A DNA stretch of 64,000 nt from Cyanophora paradoxa CCMP329 (lineage: Eukaryota; Plantae; Glaucophyta): NCBI GenBank assembly GCA_004431415.1, contig QPMI01000401.1, positions 124,001-188,000 on the forward strand. The letters are read 5' to 3'. The number at the start of each line of letters is the position of its first letter. Position 1 is the first letter of the stretch. A program made the position numbers and the translations under genes. This document shows, one piece after another, positions 46,389 through 57,584 of the stretch. Under the pieces are notes generated by a model. It searched no databases, had not been told where the DNA came from, and was given only the letters and a program-made list of their open reading frames with translations.

Positions 46389-48619
46389 TATGATATGCGT
46401 GGGCGCCGCCTGGTGGGCGGCACTGGGCGCCGGCTGTACATGTACGCCGTACGGCGTGTACTGTACGCGTAGTACGGCAGCAATTTTCACCGAGTACGTA
46501 TACGTATATACGTACGTATACTATATGATACGTCGACGAGTGAGTCGCCAGCACAATGAGCACATGCATGAAGTACAGGCGACAACTGCGCAGTGCGCAT
46601 CATCCAATGATCAAGCAGCGCAGGCGCGCGCACCATGGCCACGCTCTGGCCTCAATAATTATAACGTAAATCAAACGTACTACGTACACGGTACGAATTT
46701 CCGAATGCTGGACTGCTGCAGCTGGCCATGGGTGCGCGCGGGCCGGGCCGCCGCCGCGCCGCAGTGTATACGTAGGACGTCGACATTCATGAGCACGTGT
46801 ACCACGGTGAGCCAGACGCAACCATATATGTTCACACGCATGGTCATGATCATGCAACCGATATCTGACTGATCATGATCGTGATATGTAGTGATGTCGA
46901 TATCGATGCATACGGCGGAGATCTCGGCGAGCCCGCGGCCGCGTCATGTTCAGCAGAACCCGCTGACTGGCGCCTGCGACCGTGATCACGAGCTCGAGGA
47001 GCTCGTTGCCCTCGCAGGTGCGGCCGGCCGCGGCCTCATTTTTTTGACGGCCCACGGCCCGGGCCCGGGCCCGGCTGCAGCATCAGCTGTCGTTGCACGT
47101 ATCAAACATACTAATTACAACGTTAACGTAAACGCGCATGCGCAGACGAGATCGCTCGACTCGTCAGAGCAGGATTAAGTTTCTCTCTTGTCCCGCCGAC
47201 ACTCCTTCGGCGCCTCCTCTTCGATCCAGCCGCGGGCATGCAGCGCGCGCCTGCTCTGCGACCTCTGTCCATGTGCATGGGCAAACGCCACAATTGCAAA
47301 CCCGGCAACGTTTATGCATCGACGTTCATCGCCGCTCTCGAGAGGCAGGCCCCTAAGCGCATACGACGCTAGTCCCGTCCGACGGTCCTTGCACATGTTC
47401 TCGAGGTGTAATCTTGAAAGTTTCGCCGACAGGTACTGCAAAGAGCGAAGCGCTATGTTCCAGGACGAGAAAGCCGATCTCGAGGCTCTTCTGCTGTCTT
47501 TTAGACGGTCTGTCGTGTACACTGACAACCGCTCGGCCGAAGTTAAATCTCTAAATCTGTCATGGATTTCGACCGCGCGCGCGATCCGATGATTCGCCAT
47601 TTTCTGAGTTCTCCATCTCAATGATATCGCGATCGACTGCAGGTGCCCGTACTGCAGAACGCACGGCCTGCTTAACTGCCCGTACGTAAACGGGGGAGGG
47701 GTCCTTAGGCCTGCGGCGAGCAATGCCGAGCCGGCACATGTACAGACGCAGGCGCCGGTGCGTTGATGGCGAGCTGGCGAGCTGCATGCAATTGCCTAAA
47801 TGCCGCTCCAAGAAACAATAAAATTCTGCGGCAGGAGAAGAGGAGACGGAGCTTGCCGGGCTCGAGCTCAGGCCTAGGCCGCGGGTCCGGCTTCGAGCCT
47901 CACCATGGCCAGCGCCGGAGATCTCTTCCCGCGCTCGCGCTACCCCCGCGCGGCCAAACGCTCCGGTACTGCGCGCGGGCGGCCGCGGTCTCCTGTCCGT
48001 CTCCGATTGGTGCGTCGCCAGGGATCCAGGGATCCAGGCCTAGGATCCATCTCTCTCGCTCACCAAATTAAATGTCGCTCGCAATCGCGCAGCGATATTT
48101 ACGCTCGATCTCGACGATCACAACGAGCATGCACAGCCTACCGCCGAAGACTCCAGCTCGCGATCGGTCTTGCTTGCTGCCGCCTCCCGGCTTCGCATCG
48201 GGGGCGGCAATAAGGATGGCCGGCGCCACAGCTACCATTCGAGAGCCGCAGCAGAAGGCGGCTGCTGCTCGGGGAACGAGGCTGACTGCGAGGACACATC
48301 CTCCCCGGATCCGGAGAGCCCTCGCGAGTTCGAGTCCGGGCGGAGCACGCCCATCTCCTTCTCGCGATCGGAGCGAAGTCCGACAGCAACCTCGCTCCCC
48401 GTGCCAATTCCAAAGCCGAAGGCGCTAACATGCACGCGAGAGCTTCAGTTCTGATCGACGTCTACGTATACTGGATCGGCACTTTTGGTTCAAGTGCGAT
48501 GAGCATAGATACGCTTTCTTTTTGATTCGTAGGCCACCCTCTTTTGTATATCTTCTGCAGCTATGTGCATATGCTTTCTCTTTGATTTCTTTTTGATTTC
48601 CTCGAGCTCTCTCTTTCAT

Positions 48620-49185
48620 GTTACTTCTGGAATCCTTTTTCCAGATCCCGCAATGTATTGCATCCCGCGATGTGATCGCGCAGCAGCAGATGCGAGAATC
48701 CTCATTTCGAATTCTTTCACGTGTGACTATGCAGTCTCTCTGACCTTAAGATGCAATCCATGGCCATATGCATGTATATTAAGCAAATGTACATGTGTCG
48801 CTAGGCCTCAGGGCCTAGGCGGGGTTCAGGAAATTCTAATTAATGATGATTTTAGTGCAGTTTTCTTGATATGCTACTTCCTCTCCCCTTTCTTTGTACA
48901 GCTTTGCTTCTGGGATACGTTTTCCAGATCCCGCTATGTATTGCATCCCGCGATGTGATCGCGCAGCCTGGCAGCCTGGCAGCAGCAGATCCGAGAATCC
49001 TCATTTCTTTCACGTGCCAGTATACAGTGTGTCTGACCGTAAGATGCAATCCATGTATATTCAGCAAATGTATCGCTATGCGGTGTTCAGGTAATTCTGA
49101 TTCATGATGATTTTCGTGCAGTGTTCTTGCTTGTCAGTATGCTACTTCCCCTCCCGTTTCTTTGTACATGTACATGTACAGCTTG
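48620..49185. repeat. Tandem duplication of a non-coding unit of about 280 bp
   Basis: TTCCAGATCCCGC.ATGTATTGCATCCCGCGATGTGATCGCGCAGC...ATGCTACTTCC...TTTCTTTGTACA occurs at about 48640-48903 and 48921-49184. Confidence 0.92.
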
Positions 49186-49497
49186 CACTCAGTCCCACGG
49201 GGAGTCCTTTGAATTTTATTGCGTTTGCGTCAGCTCCGCCGGTCATTGCCTAGTAGAGAGGGACACTGACGAGCCCGCGAGACTAACGCGAAAGACTGGC
49301 TCCGGCGCGGGGCCCGAGCTCGAGGGGTCGACGTCGCGATTGGCGGTATGCGTAGCGGGGCGGGCGCGCGGGGAGCTCGCACGTGCACTCGAGGCGGCAT
49401 GCATATATATCATAGTATGCGCATATGCATGTGCATCGATATCGTCGATATCTAAATATATCGATATGCGTACGTAATGATCAATTTCAGGTCTATT

Positions 49498-49550
49498 TTG
49501 TTTTTGGTGAATTACCGGCCACAGTCTCTAGACACCAGCACTGCGGGGGC
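49498..49550 (-). mobile_element. Short poly(A) retroposon copy (3' end only)
   Basis: TTTTTGGTGAATTACCGGCCACAGTCTCTAGACACCAGCACTGCGGGGGC is the reverse complement of the 10784 copy. Confidence 0.8.
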
Positions 49551-49571
49551 CTAATTATATCGTCGAGCTGC

Positions 49572-49575
<4 letters not shown>

Positions 49576-49640
<65 letters not shown>
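49576..49640. repeat. (TA)n microsatellite
   Basis: Uninterrupted TA run, flanked on both sides by GTCGAGCTGCCAAT / ATATGGGCCAGCGA duplications. Confidence 0.95.
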
Positions 49641-49642
<2 letters not shown>

Positions 49643-50618
49643 GCCAGCGACGTCGACGTGGGGTCGAGCTGCCAATGGCCCATGCATATGCATATGGGCC
49701 AGCGAAGTCGACGTCCGACGGTAGAGCTGCCAATAAGATCCAGCAAGGCGCCGGCCCATCACCAAGAACGCTGCAATCAATCAATCATTTTCATTTGTCG
49801 ATCCGATGCTCAATCATCGCGAGCTCGAGCCGAAGGGGCCGGACCGGAGCGGATATATATAAAGCTTTTCGGGGACGGAACCCGAAACCGATCATCATAC
49901 CGATCACCCGATTACCGATCATCGGATATCGATATCAATATTAATGCCATGGTTGGCCGCTGAGCCTAATTTTAAATCGCAGGGAAGGGCTAGCTACAGC
50001 TAGCGCGCTCACCGGAGATCGGAGAGAATATATAAGACTCTGAGAGTGTGCCACGGCAGCTGAGAAATTAAATGCAGCCTCCCTCGGCCCCCCCCGGCCC
50101 GCGCCTCCCTCGCCCCCGAAATTCGGGCCCCCCCGGGCCTCCCTTGCCCCCTATAGCCCGGATGAACTTTCCTTCCACTCCATCATATATACAAACGTCG
50201 ACGTCGACGTCAATTGCAATCGATATCCAGACCCGGATCCCCCCTTCAAGACGTGTAGCAGTGCACGTGGACATGGCTTTATATATAACCCCGCGACCGG
50301 ATGTCCCGGCATCAACTGTGAAAAGGATGATTACCCTTGCTCCCCTCGAGCGACCCCATGGCCAGCTGCAGGCCGATGAACACGTTTCCACCCGCCGGGC
50401 CGCCCAGTTGCAGCTCGAGCGCTAGCGGTCCGCCGCACAAACGCGCCGGAAGGTATCGGATTTGCGCAAAGAAAGCTAGCTATCGTGCGAATCCCGGTCC
50501 GGGCTCGACAGGCCAGGCCGCGCGAGGCCGGAGTCCACATACATTCGACACCAGTACCCGTACCGGGCACACGAGCCGCTCGCTGCCGATCGCGACCGCG
50601 CGCCCTCGGGCGCCGCCT

Positions 50619-53600
50619 CTACGCGAGGGTCCCGTCGAAGACGTTGCGAATGACACTGCGCCCCCGCGCGCCGCGCCGTCAGCTCCCCGCCGCCGGCCGC
50701 CGGGCGCCTCGCAGCTGCAGCGCTGGCGGCTCGCCTGTGGTAGAAGGGCCGGTTCGCGCGGTAGACGCGCCGCGCGGTCCCCTCGTCCACCTGCCCGCGC
50801 CGCCGCGTCAGCCTGGGCCTGCAGCTGGCTGGGGAGCATGCGGGCGATTGCGGCGAGGGGGACGGCTAGCGCTTTCGTTCGGGCGGCCCGGCGGTACGGT
50901 GGCTCTAGACAAACAAACGCGGCTCCCATTTTAGAGCCGGAGCTGAAATTCGATTAAAGGGCCGGGGGCGCGCGCGCCTCGGCGAGGGTCTTGTAGAGGG
51001 GCTTGACGTAGAGCCCGCGCCCGTGCTGCGCCAGGAAGAGCTCCACCTGGAAAGGGAAGGGCGCGGAGGGCGGCCGGTTGGATTCGAATTCAGCTCCAGG
51101 GCAAGGGCCGGGATCGGGGGCGCAGGGGGGCCGGCCCGGCTGCCGTGGCCTTCTAGACGGCATAGCTGAGGCGAGGGCAGCGCGGACCTGGGGCATGACG
51201 GCGAGGTGGCGGCTCTTGAGGCAGATCATCAGCCAGCGGAACCCGATCTGCGGGGGGTGGGGGGAGGGGGCGTGAGCGGGGGCGCGGGGGGGGGGGGGGG
51301 GGGGGGGGCGGGGGGGCGGGGGGGGCGGGGGGGGGGGGGGGGGGCGGGGGGGGGGAGGGATCGCGGGGTAGGGCGCGAGGCACCTCGACGTTGCGCGTCG
51401 ACGAGAACCTGCGGCGACGGCACGTAATTATAGGGTCGCCGGGGAGGATTGAGCTGGGCGGCTCGGAATGGGATCGGGGGCCGGGGCGGGACCTGTAGGT
51501 CTTCTCCATCTCGTCGAGGGTCCACGCCGGCAGCGGCATCGCCGTCGCCAGCAGCTCCTGCGCCCCGTCGGACCCGCCGTCGGCGAATCATCGGCGTCAG
51601 ACCCAACGAATTATCTTTGGACAGTGCTTCGGGAGGTGACGGCGGCGCCGGGGCGGGGGACGCACGTCGAGGAAGAACATCGTCTGCGGCGGTTCGGGGC
51701 GGGCGGTCCGGGCGGGGCGGCGTCGTCATCAGGCCGGCATCGCGGCACGGCACGGGCGGCTCGGGCGGCTCGCTCGCAAAGGCGGCTAAACTTAAGGAGA
51801 AGGAAATCTGGGGCGGGGCGGGGCGAGGGCCCTAGGCCTCCTGAGTCCTAGCAAAGCCCCGAGCTCGAGGAGGAGGGCCGGGGCTGGAGGCGCGCGCGCC
51901 TGCTTGGCGTGGTAGCCGGCGATGTCCGAGGCCGAGGCGCCCTCCCCGCCCTGCCCGGCCCGGCCACAGCGCTCTCAAAACGCCGCTTCTGCAGGGCGCG
52001 GAGGCGGAGGCGGGGCCGGAGGGCGCGCACAGCCTTCCACAGCGCGGCGAGGCGGCGGCAGTCCTGCGGGCCGAGGGGCCAGGGCGGGGCGCCCCGGTCA
52101 GCGGCGCCGGGGGGGGCGGGCGAGCTTGAGGGGGCGGGCGGCGGGGGCGGCCGGGCGCGCCTCGATGAGGCTCGTGTCGAACTCCTTGTACCTGGCGGCA
52201 GAGGCGTTGAATTTGAGGCGCGCAGGTCCGGATCTAGATTCGCATATACGGCGCTTGGATTCCTTGATCGTGAGGCGGGCAGCGCGCAGTCGCAAAAGCG
52301 CCCGGCGAGGTCATCGGGCCCCGGCCGGGGCGAGGCGAGGCGAGGAGGGGCGAGGGGGGGCGGGTGGCCCGGGGGGGGCCGGGCCTGGAGAGGGGCACGC
52401 ACGGGTCGAAGAGGGAAGGGTCGGGGAGGCCGGCCCCGAACATCCAGGTGTCCCAGTCCACCCTGCGCCGCGCAGAAGTCGGGGCCAAATTAAAGCCGCC
52501 CCCGGAGCAGTGGGAGGGAGAGGGGCGCGCCTGGAGGTCTGGACGCCCCTCCCCCCGAAGAACGCCTCGAAGTGCTCCCGCATCTGAGTCGATCAAGAGG
52601 CGATCTGAGCGACCTGATCTGATCTGATCTGATCCGATCTGATCTGAGCGCGCCTGCTGGACGGAGACGGTCTTGTTCATGAACGCCTGCGGCGAAAGGC
52701 GAGCGAGCCGGGGTCGGCGGGGTCGCGGCCGGGCCGGGATCCGGATTGGGGGCCCACGGTGAAGTACTCCTTGAGCCAGGCGCGCATCTCGCCGGGGCCC
52801 CCGACCAGCTGCCCGAGCGCGCGGGGCGTCAGCTTTGGCGCGGCTCGAGGCCGGCCCGAGGCTCATGCGACTCATCGGCCAGCGCCATCCTCGCACCTTC
52901 TCGAGGTACCGGAGGAAGAGCGACCCCTTCTCGTACGGCACCTGCGGCAGGCGATGGTGAAGGGGGGGTAGGGGGATGGGCGGGGGGTACGGGCGCGCCT
53001 TGGAGAAGGCGTCATCGGGATCGACGTCCTGCGGCGGGGGAGGACGGGCTCAGAAGGGGTACGGGAATCCGAAATCGGGGGCACAGGAGCGCGCCTCGAG
53101 GTCGGGGACGAGCTTGGTGTACTCCTCTTGCCCGCTCGCAGCCAGGTCCGCCACCGTCTGAGGGCGCCGGGGGTGGGCGAACGGACGACGAGGGCAGGGC
53201 GATCGCGAGAATGACATATAAGCTTTAGAGGGCGCCGGGGCCGGGGCGGGCGGACCTTTTTGAGGTCTGCGAACCCGACGAGGCTCTCGAAGTCCCGGTA
53301 CGCCGCCGACCTGCCCCGGCGCTTCCTCGGCGAGGCGCCGGCCCGGGGGTACGAGGTTCGCAGGGGGGGGGGGGGGGGGTACCCGTGGACGTGGCCGAGG
53401 ATGAGGCGCTCGATGTAGACGGTGAAGCCCTCGTTCAGCCAGAAGCTCTCTGCCGGGCGGGGCGGGGCAGGGCTTCAGACCGGGGGAAATGCGGCCCTCT
53501 GGACGGGGCGGGGGCGAAAAGGCGGGGCACCCCACTCGCTGTTGGTCACGAGGTTCCCCGCCCACGAATGCGTGATCTGCCGCGGAGGAGGAGGATGGGG

Positions 53601-56085
53601 GGGGGGGGGGGGGGGGGGGGCGAGAGAGAGCGAGGAATCAGATCAGGGTAGCCCTCATCGAACACTGTACCCCCCGTACCTCGTGGGCGACGACGGAGGT
53701 GAGGGAACGGTCCCCCGCGAGGAGCGATCGCGAGAGGAACGTCAGGTTCGGGTTCTGGGGGGTACAGGTCAGGAGGCGGAGGGGCGAGGCCCGGCGGGGC
53801 GGGGCGCGGATGGGACGGATCGCGTGCACCTCCATGCCTCCGTACTGCACGCGGGGGTACCGCGCTCTCAGCGGCGGCTGGGTACGGGAAAGGGGGAGGG
53901 AGAGGCGGCGGGGGGTACCGGGAAGGAGCCGGGGAGGACGACCATGTCGTAGCGGCCCCACTCGTACGGTACCCCTGCGCGCGGGGGAGGATCGAGGGGG
54001 GTACAGGCGGGCGGGATGGAAGGGCAGGGGTACCGGTGACCTCCTCGCCGGCTGCAGAGAGGGGCGGAGGGCGGAGGGCGGGGCGGGCGGAATCAGAGGG
54101 GCGGCCGGAAGGGACAGTGAGGCGGGCGAGGCACGTCGTCCCCGGGGCGAGGGCCCTCCAGGGCTCGTTAGGGGCGCGGGCGGACTCTTCGCGGCTCTCC
54201 AAACCTTAAGACGCTGGATCTCTGGGGCGCGCTAAGGGCGGGGGCCGGACCCTTGATGTAGGCCTCGGTCTCGGCGCGGAACTCGTGCACCGCCTCCGCG
54301 ATCACAGCCTGCCGTCCCGCCGTCAGGGTGCAGGCCGGAGCGAGGCGGAGGGAGGGGCGGGGACCTCCTCGGCGTAGACGCGGCAGCGCGCCGAGATCGC
54401 CTCGTTCGCCAGCGCGCCTGCCGCCCCGCTCGGCACTCAGGCCTGGAGCACCGGTTGCCCGGCGGTCGCCCGCACGCGCGCACCGCAGGCGATGGCGATG
54501 AGGTACGCAGCGATGGGGTTCCGCTGCGCCGAAAACGCGCCCCGCTCAGCAGCCGGCGCGGGCGAGGATAGGCCAGCGGCGCCGGAGAGATGTACAGCCA
54601 GCTATAGCTAGCTAGCTAGCTAGCTCCAGGGCTGGGACGCGCTCGCTCGCCTGGCGGTAGGCATAGGTGACGGTGCCGTCCGAGTGGTACTGTGGCGCCG
54701 CCTCGCACTGCGTTGCGTGTCCGGGGGTACACGGTCTGAGAGGCGGGGGGGGGGGGGGGGGGGGGGGGGGGCGCGCCTCGCCGGAGCAGACGGCCACCAG
54801 CGGCAGCGGGCAGCGGATCTGCGAGGGGGTGGGAGGGTTAGAGGGCGTGAGAAGGACGGGGGGGGGGGAGCAGGCGGGGGTACGTGTACGGCACCTGGAT
54901 GGAGAACGTGGCCTTGACGCCCTGTGCATAGGACCGGTGAGCCGGGGGAGGGGTACTACCTCGCGGGAGGAGGGGGTACCGTGGTGTCCTGGCAGGGGAT
55001 ACAGGTGCGGGCGAGGATCGCCTGGAACTGAGTGAAGGCGAACGGCTTCCCCGACGCAGTCTGGTGCCCGTCCAGCCACCTGTACGCAAGCGTACCCCCT
55101 CTTAAGGGGAGAGGGGAAAGCGGGGCCGGGGTACGGCCGCACTGGATGCCTCCCGAGCGGTCCGTCGTGTGGTAGTGAACACGAAAGATCACCTTGGAAC
55201 CGGCTTTCTGCCTGCGGGGCGTACAGGATAAGCTCAGTGGGGTACAGGGAAGCTTGATGGAGGAGTACGCGCATGGCGGGGGGTACGGGGAGGCGCAGCC
55301 CGTGGCCGAGGCTGTGCGTGTGGGGGATGGACCTGCGCGCGGGGAGTAAGGCGCCAGGGACTGAGCTCGGCCGGGCGCTAGCTCAGGCAGGCGCTAGGCG
55401 CGTGCTTGAAGAGAGGAGAACGGGCACGCCTGAGGTGCTGCTAGGCTGAAAGAAGGACACTAAGTAATGCGTACACGCGTGCGCTGGGTCGCGCTCCAAG
55501 CCCGTGAGCGCGGGCACTATCTCTCGCGCTCTCTAGGTCTCAAGGCGGGCGGCGCGCGCCGGCGCCGCCCCGGACTACCGGAGCGCACCAGAGGGCATCC
55601 TCGGTCTTGCCGACGGCGCCGTGCGGGTCCAGGATCAGGACCTCGGCGTGCTCGATCGCGAGGCCCTTCGCGTCGAGCAGCATCGCCCCCGCGCCGTCCC
55701 TCAGGACCCGCGCGTGCACGTCCACGTAGCCGCGCATGAGGCGCTTGTCGAAGTCGAGCGAGACGTGCACATGGAGGTGCTCCGTCGTCACCTGCGCGCG
55801 CGCGAGCGCCCAGACGGCTGAGCTACAGCCCACAGCGCGCGCGGACATTCCCGTGCGGGATGGCTGAGATCTAGAGGGGCGCATCGATCTCTCTAAGGCG
55901 CATTGCTTGAGATGCGCTTTCAGGCTTATCTAAGCGCACTGCGCTCGACTGCGGGCGGCAGATCGGTCGCGCTAGCAGCGCGGCCCCTCGAGCGAGGCCG
56001 GCGCCCGTCGGGGCGCGCGCGCTCGGCGGGCATCGCGCACCTCCTCGAAGTTGGCCCACGAGTGCGGGTCCTTCCCGAGCTTCAT
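50619..56085 (-). CDS. LTA4H: Leukotriene A4 hydrolase-like M1 zinc aminopeptidase
   Basis: MKLGKDPHSWANF; LHVHVSLDFDKR; KPFAFTQFQAILARTCIPCQDT; YEWGRYDMVVLPGSF.YGGME|NP; HE|ITHSWAGNLVTN; WLNEGFTVYIER; VPYEKGSLFLRYLE; GRGLYVKPLY; ends FYHSVIRNVFDGTLA*. Confidence 0.95.
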
Positions 56086-56512
56086 CCCGCCGACTAGCTT
56101 AGCGCTGGCTGTACCCTGGCCTGGTCCGGTCCGACCGGTCGCTGAGCTTAAGCTTCGTCGCGGCCGCTCAGCCTCGGATCTGCAAATCCCGATCTGCCTC
56201 ACTCGCGCCCCAGCCCTCGATCGCTATGCCGCGAGCGCCGGAGCATGCGCACCCAGCGGCAAAGACTGCAAGGGCAACGTTAACGCGGAGAGGTTTCTGA
56301 AGAAATAAAGTTAATTCGATAGAGCAATACGACTCTTACAGTACACTGTACAAACTCACTCGACTGTGCTGTGACCTAAAGCATGAAACGCGCTCACTGA
56401 GAATGCGGCTAAGAAACGCAGTTCTGTCCACTGTTTGTGAAACACTGATAAGTTGACGACGGGTGCGGAGATCTCGATAATAAAAGGAGCAGGAGCTAAT
56501 CTACATTCGAAT

Positions 56513-57205
56513 TCAAAGGCGAGGGAAGAACGGGCTGGAGGAAAGGCCGCCGTGCGAGCGGAGGTTGTCGAGGGAGAGGAGAGACCAGAACACCTCGCCG
56601 AAGTCATTCGTCCCGCGCGAGCGGAGCTCCAGCTCCGGGTGCGGCTCTGGATAGGCCACGGAAATAGGGCCGGGAACAACGCTGTCCGCACCGCCGCCGC
56701 TGCCGCTGCACGCGCCCGCCGCCCGCGCCGCCGCGCATCCGCCGCACGCCCGCGCTGCAGCGCACCCACCGCTGCCGCCGCAGCCCCGCCGCGCCGCCGC
56801 GGACGGCGATGGCGGCGGCGACAGCCGCTCCCCGTCGAACGTCACCACGCGGCTCGCGTCCGCCCCGCCGCACCCGCAGCCGCCGCTGCACGCCCCGCCG
56901 CAGGCCCGCACAACGAGCCCGCCGCTCGGGACGAAGGTCCGTGCAGGGGCGGCCCGGAGCTGCTGGCGGGAGCCGAGGAAGCGGGAGCTCGGCGAGGACG
57001 GCACGGCCGCCGCGGGAATCGGGAGGGCGCGAGATGACCGACGAGACGCCTGAGCGCAACACGTCAGCCGCCGATCGTGCGCCCAGCGAGCGGGGCCCGA
57101 GCGCGAGCGAGCGGCGGCGCTCACCTCGAAGGCGATGGATGGCGCGAGGCCAGATCGGCAGGCCTGAGAGGTGCTGGCGACGGGAGCGCAGAACGAGGCC
57201 TCCAT
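56513..57205 (-). CDS. Cys/Gly-rich putative plastid-targeted protein, copy A
   Basis: MEASFCAPV..., one GT-AG intron, SRFLGS...VVRA, then CGGACSGGCGCGG and GCGGSGGCAAARACGGC...GAC; paralogue of 60413-61078. Confidence 0.6.
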   Translation of the reverse strand: MEASFCAPVASTSQACRSGLAPSIAFEVSAAARSRSGPARWAHDRRLTCCAQASRRSSRALPIPAAAVPSSPSSRFLGSRQQLRAAPARTFVPSGGLVVRACGGACSGGCGCGGADASRVVTFDGERLSPPPSPSAAARRGCGGSGGCAAARACGGCAAARAAGACSGSGGGADSVVPGPISVAYPEPHPELELRSRGTNDFGEVFWSLLSLDNLRSHGGLSSSPFFPRL

Positions 57206-57584
57206 CAGCGCGGTCGTGTCTTGAAGCTGGAGCGAGAGAGTGCTTTGCGCTGCTGCGGAATGTGCTGCGAGCGGCCGCAGCGCCCGGTTTTGTCGCCCGG
57301 CGGACGCATGGACGCCACACGCTCCACGCGCTCCACGCGCCAAGATCAGCCGGCCTCGCGCAGGCGCGTGGCGGTCTTGGGGGGGGAGGGGGGAGGAGTC
57401 GGGGGGGAAGGAGTCGAGGGGGAAGGAGTCGGCCTTGTTCGGCCGCCTTCGAATTAATTTGCGCTTCGCTTGCGGCGCTCGGACAGCTTTAAACGTTAAC
57501 TCCGTGTGCAGTTGCCGCAGTGCAAGCTTTTCTCGGCCGCCGCACGCGCTGCTCGCATCGCCCCAGTCATCACCGCCGGCGGCC

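Noticed and set aside
47175-48450. ORFs on both strands with scattered Cys pairs
   Set aside because: Cannot choose a strand or recognise a domain; the region is repeat-rich and gene-poor.
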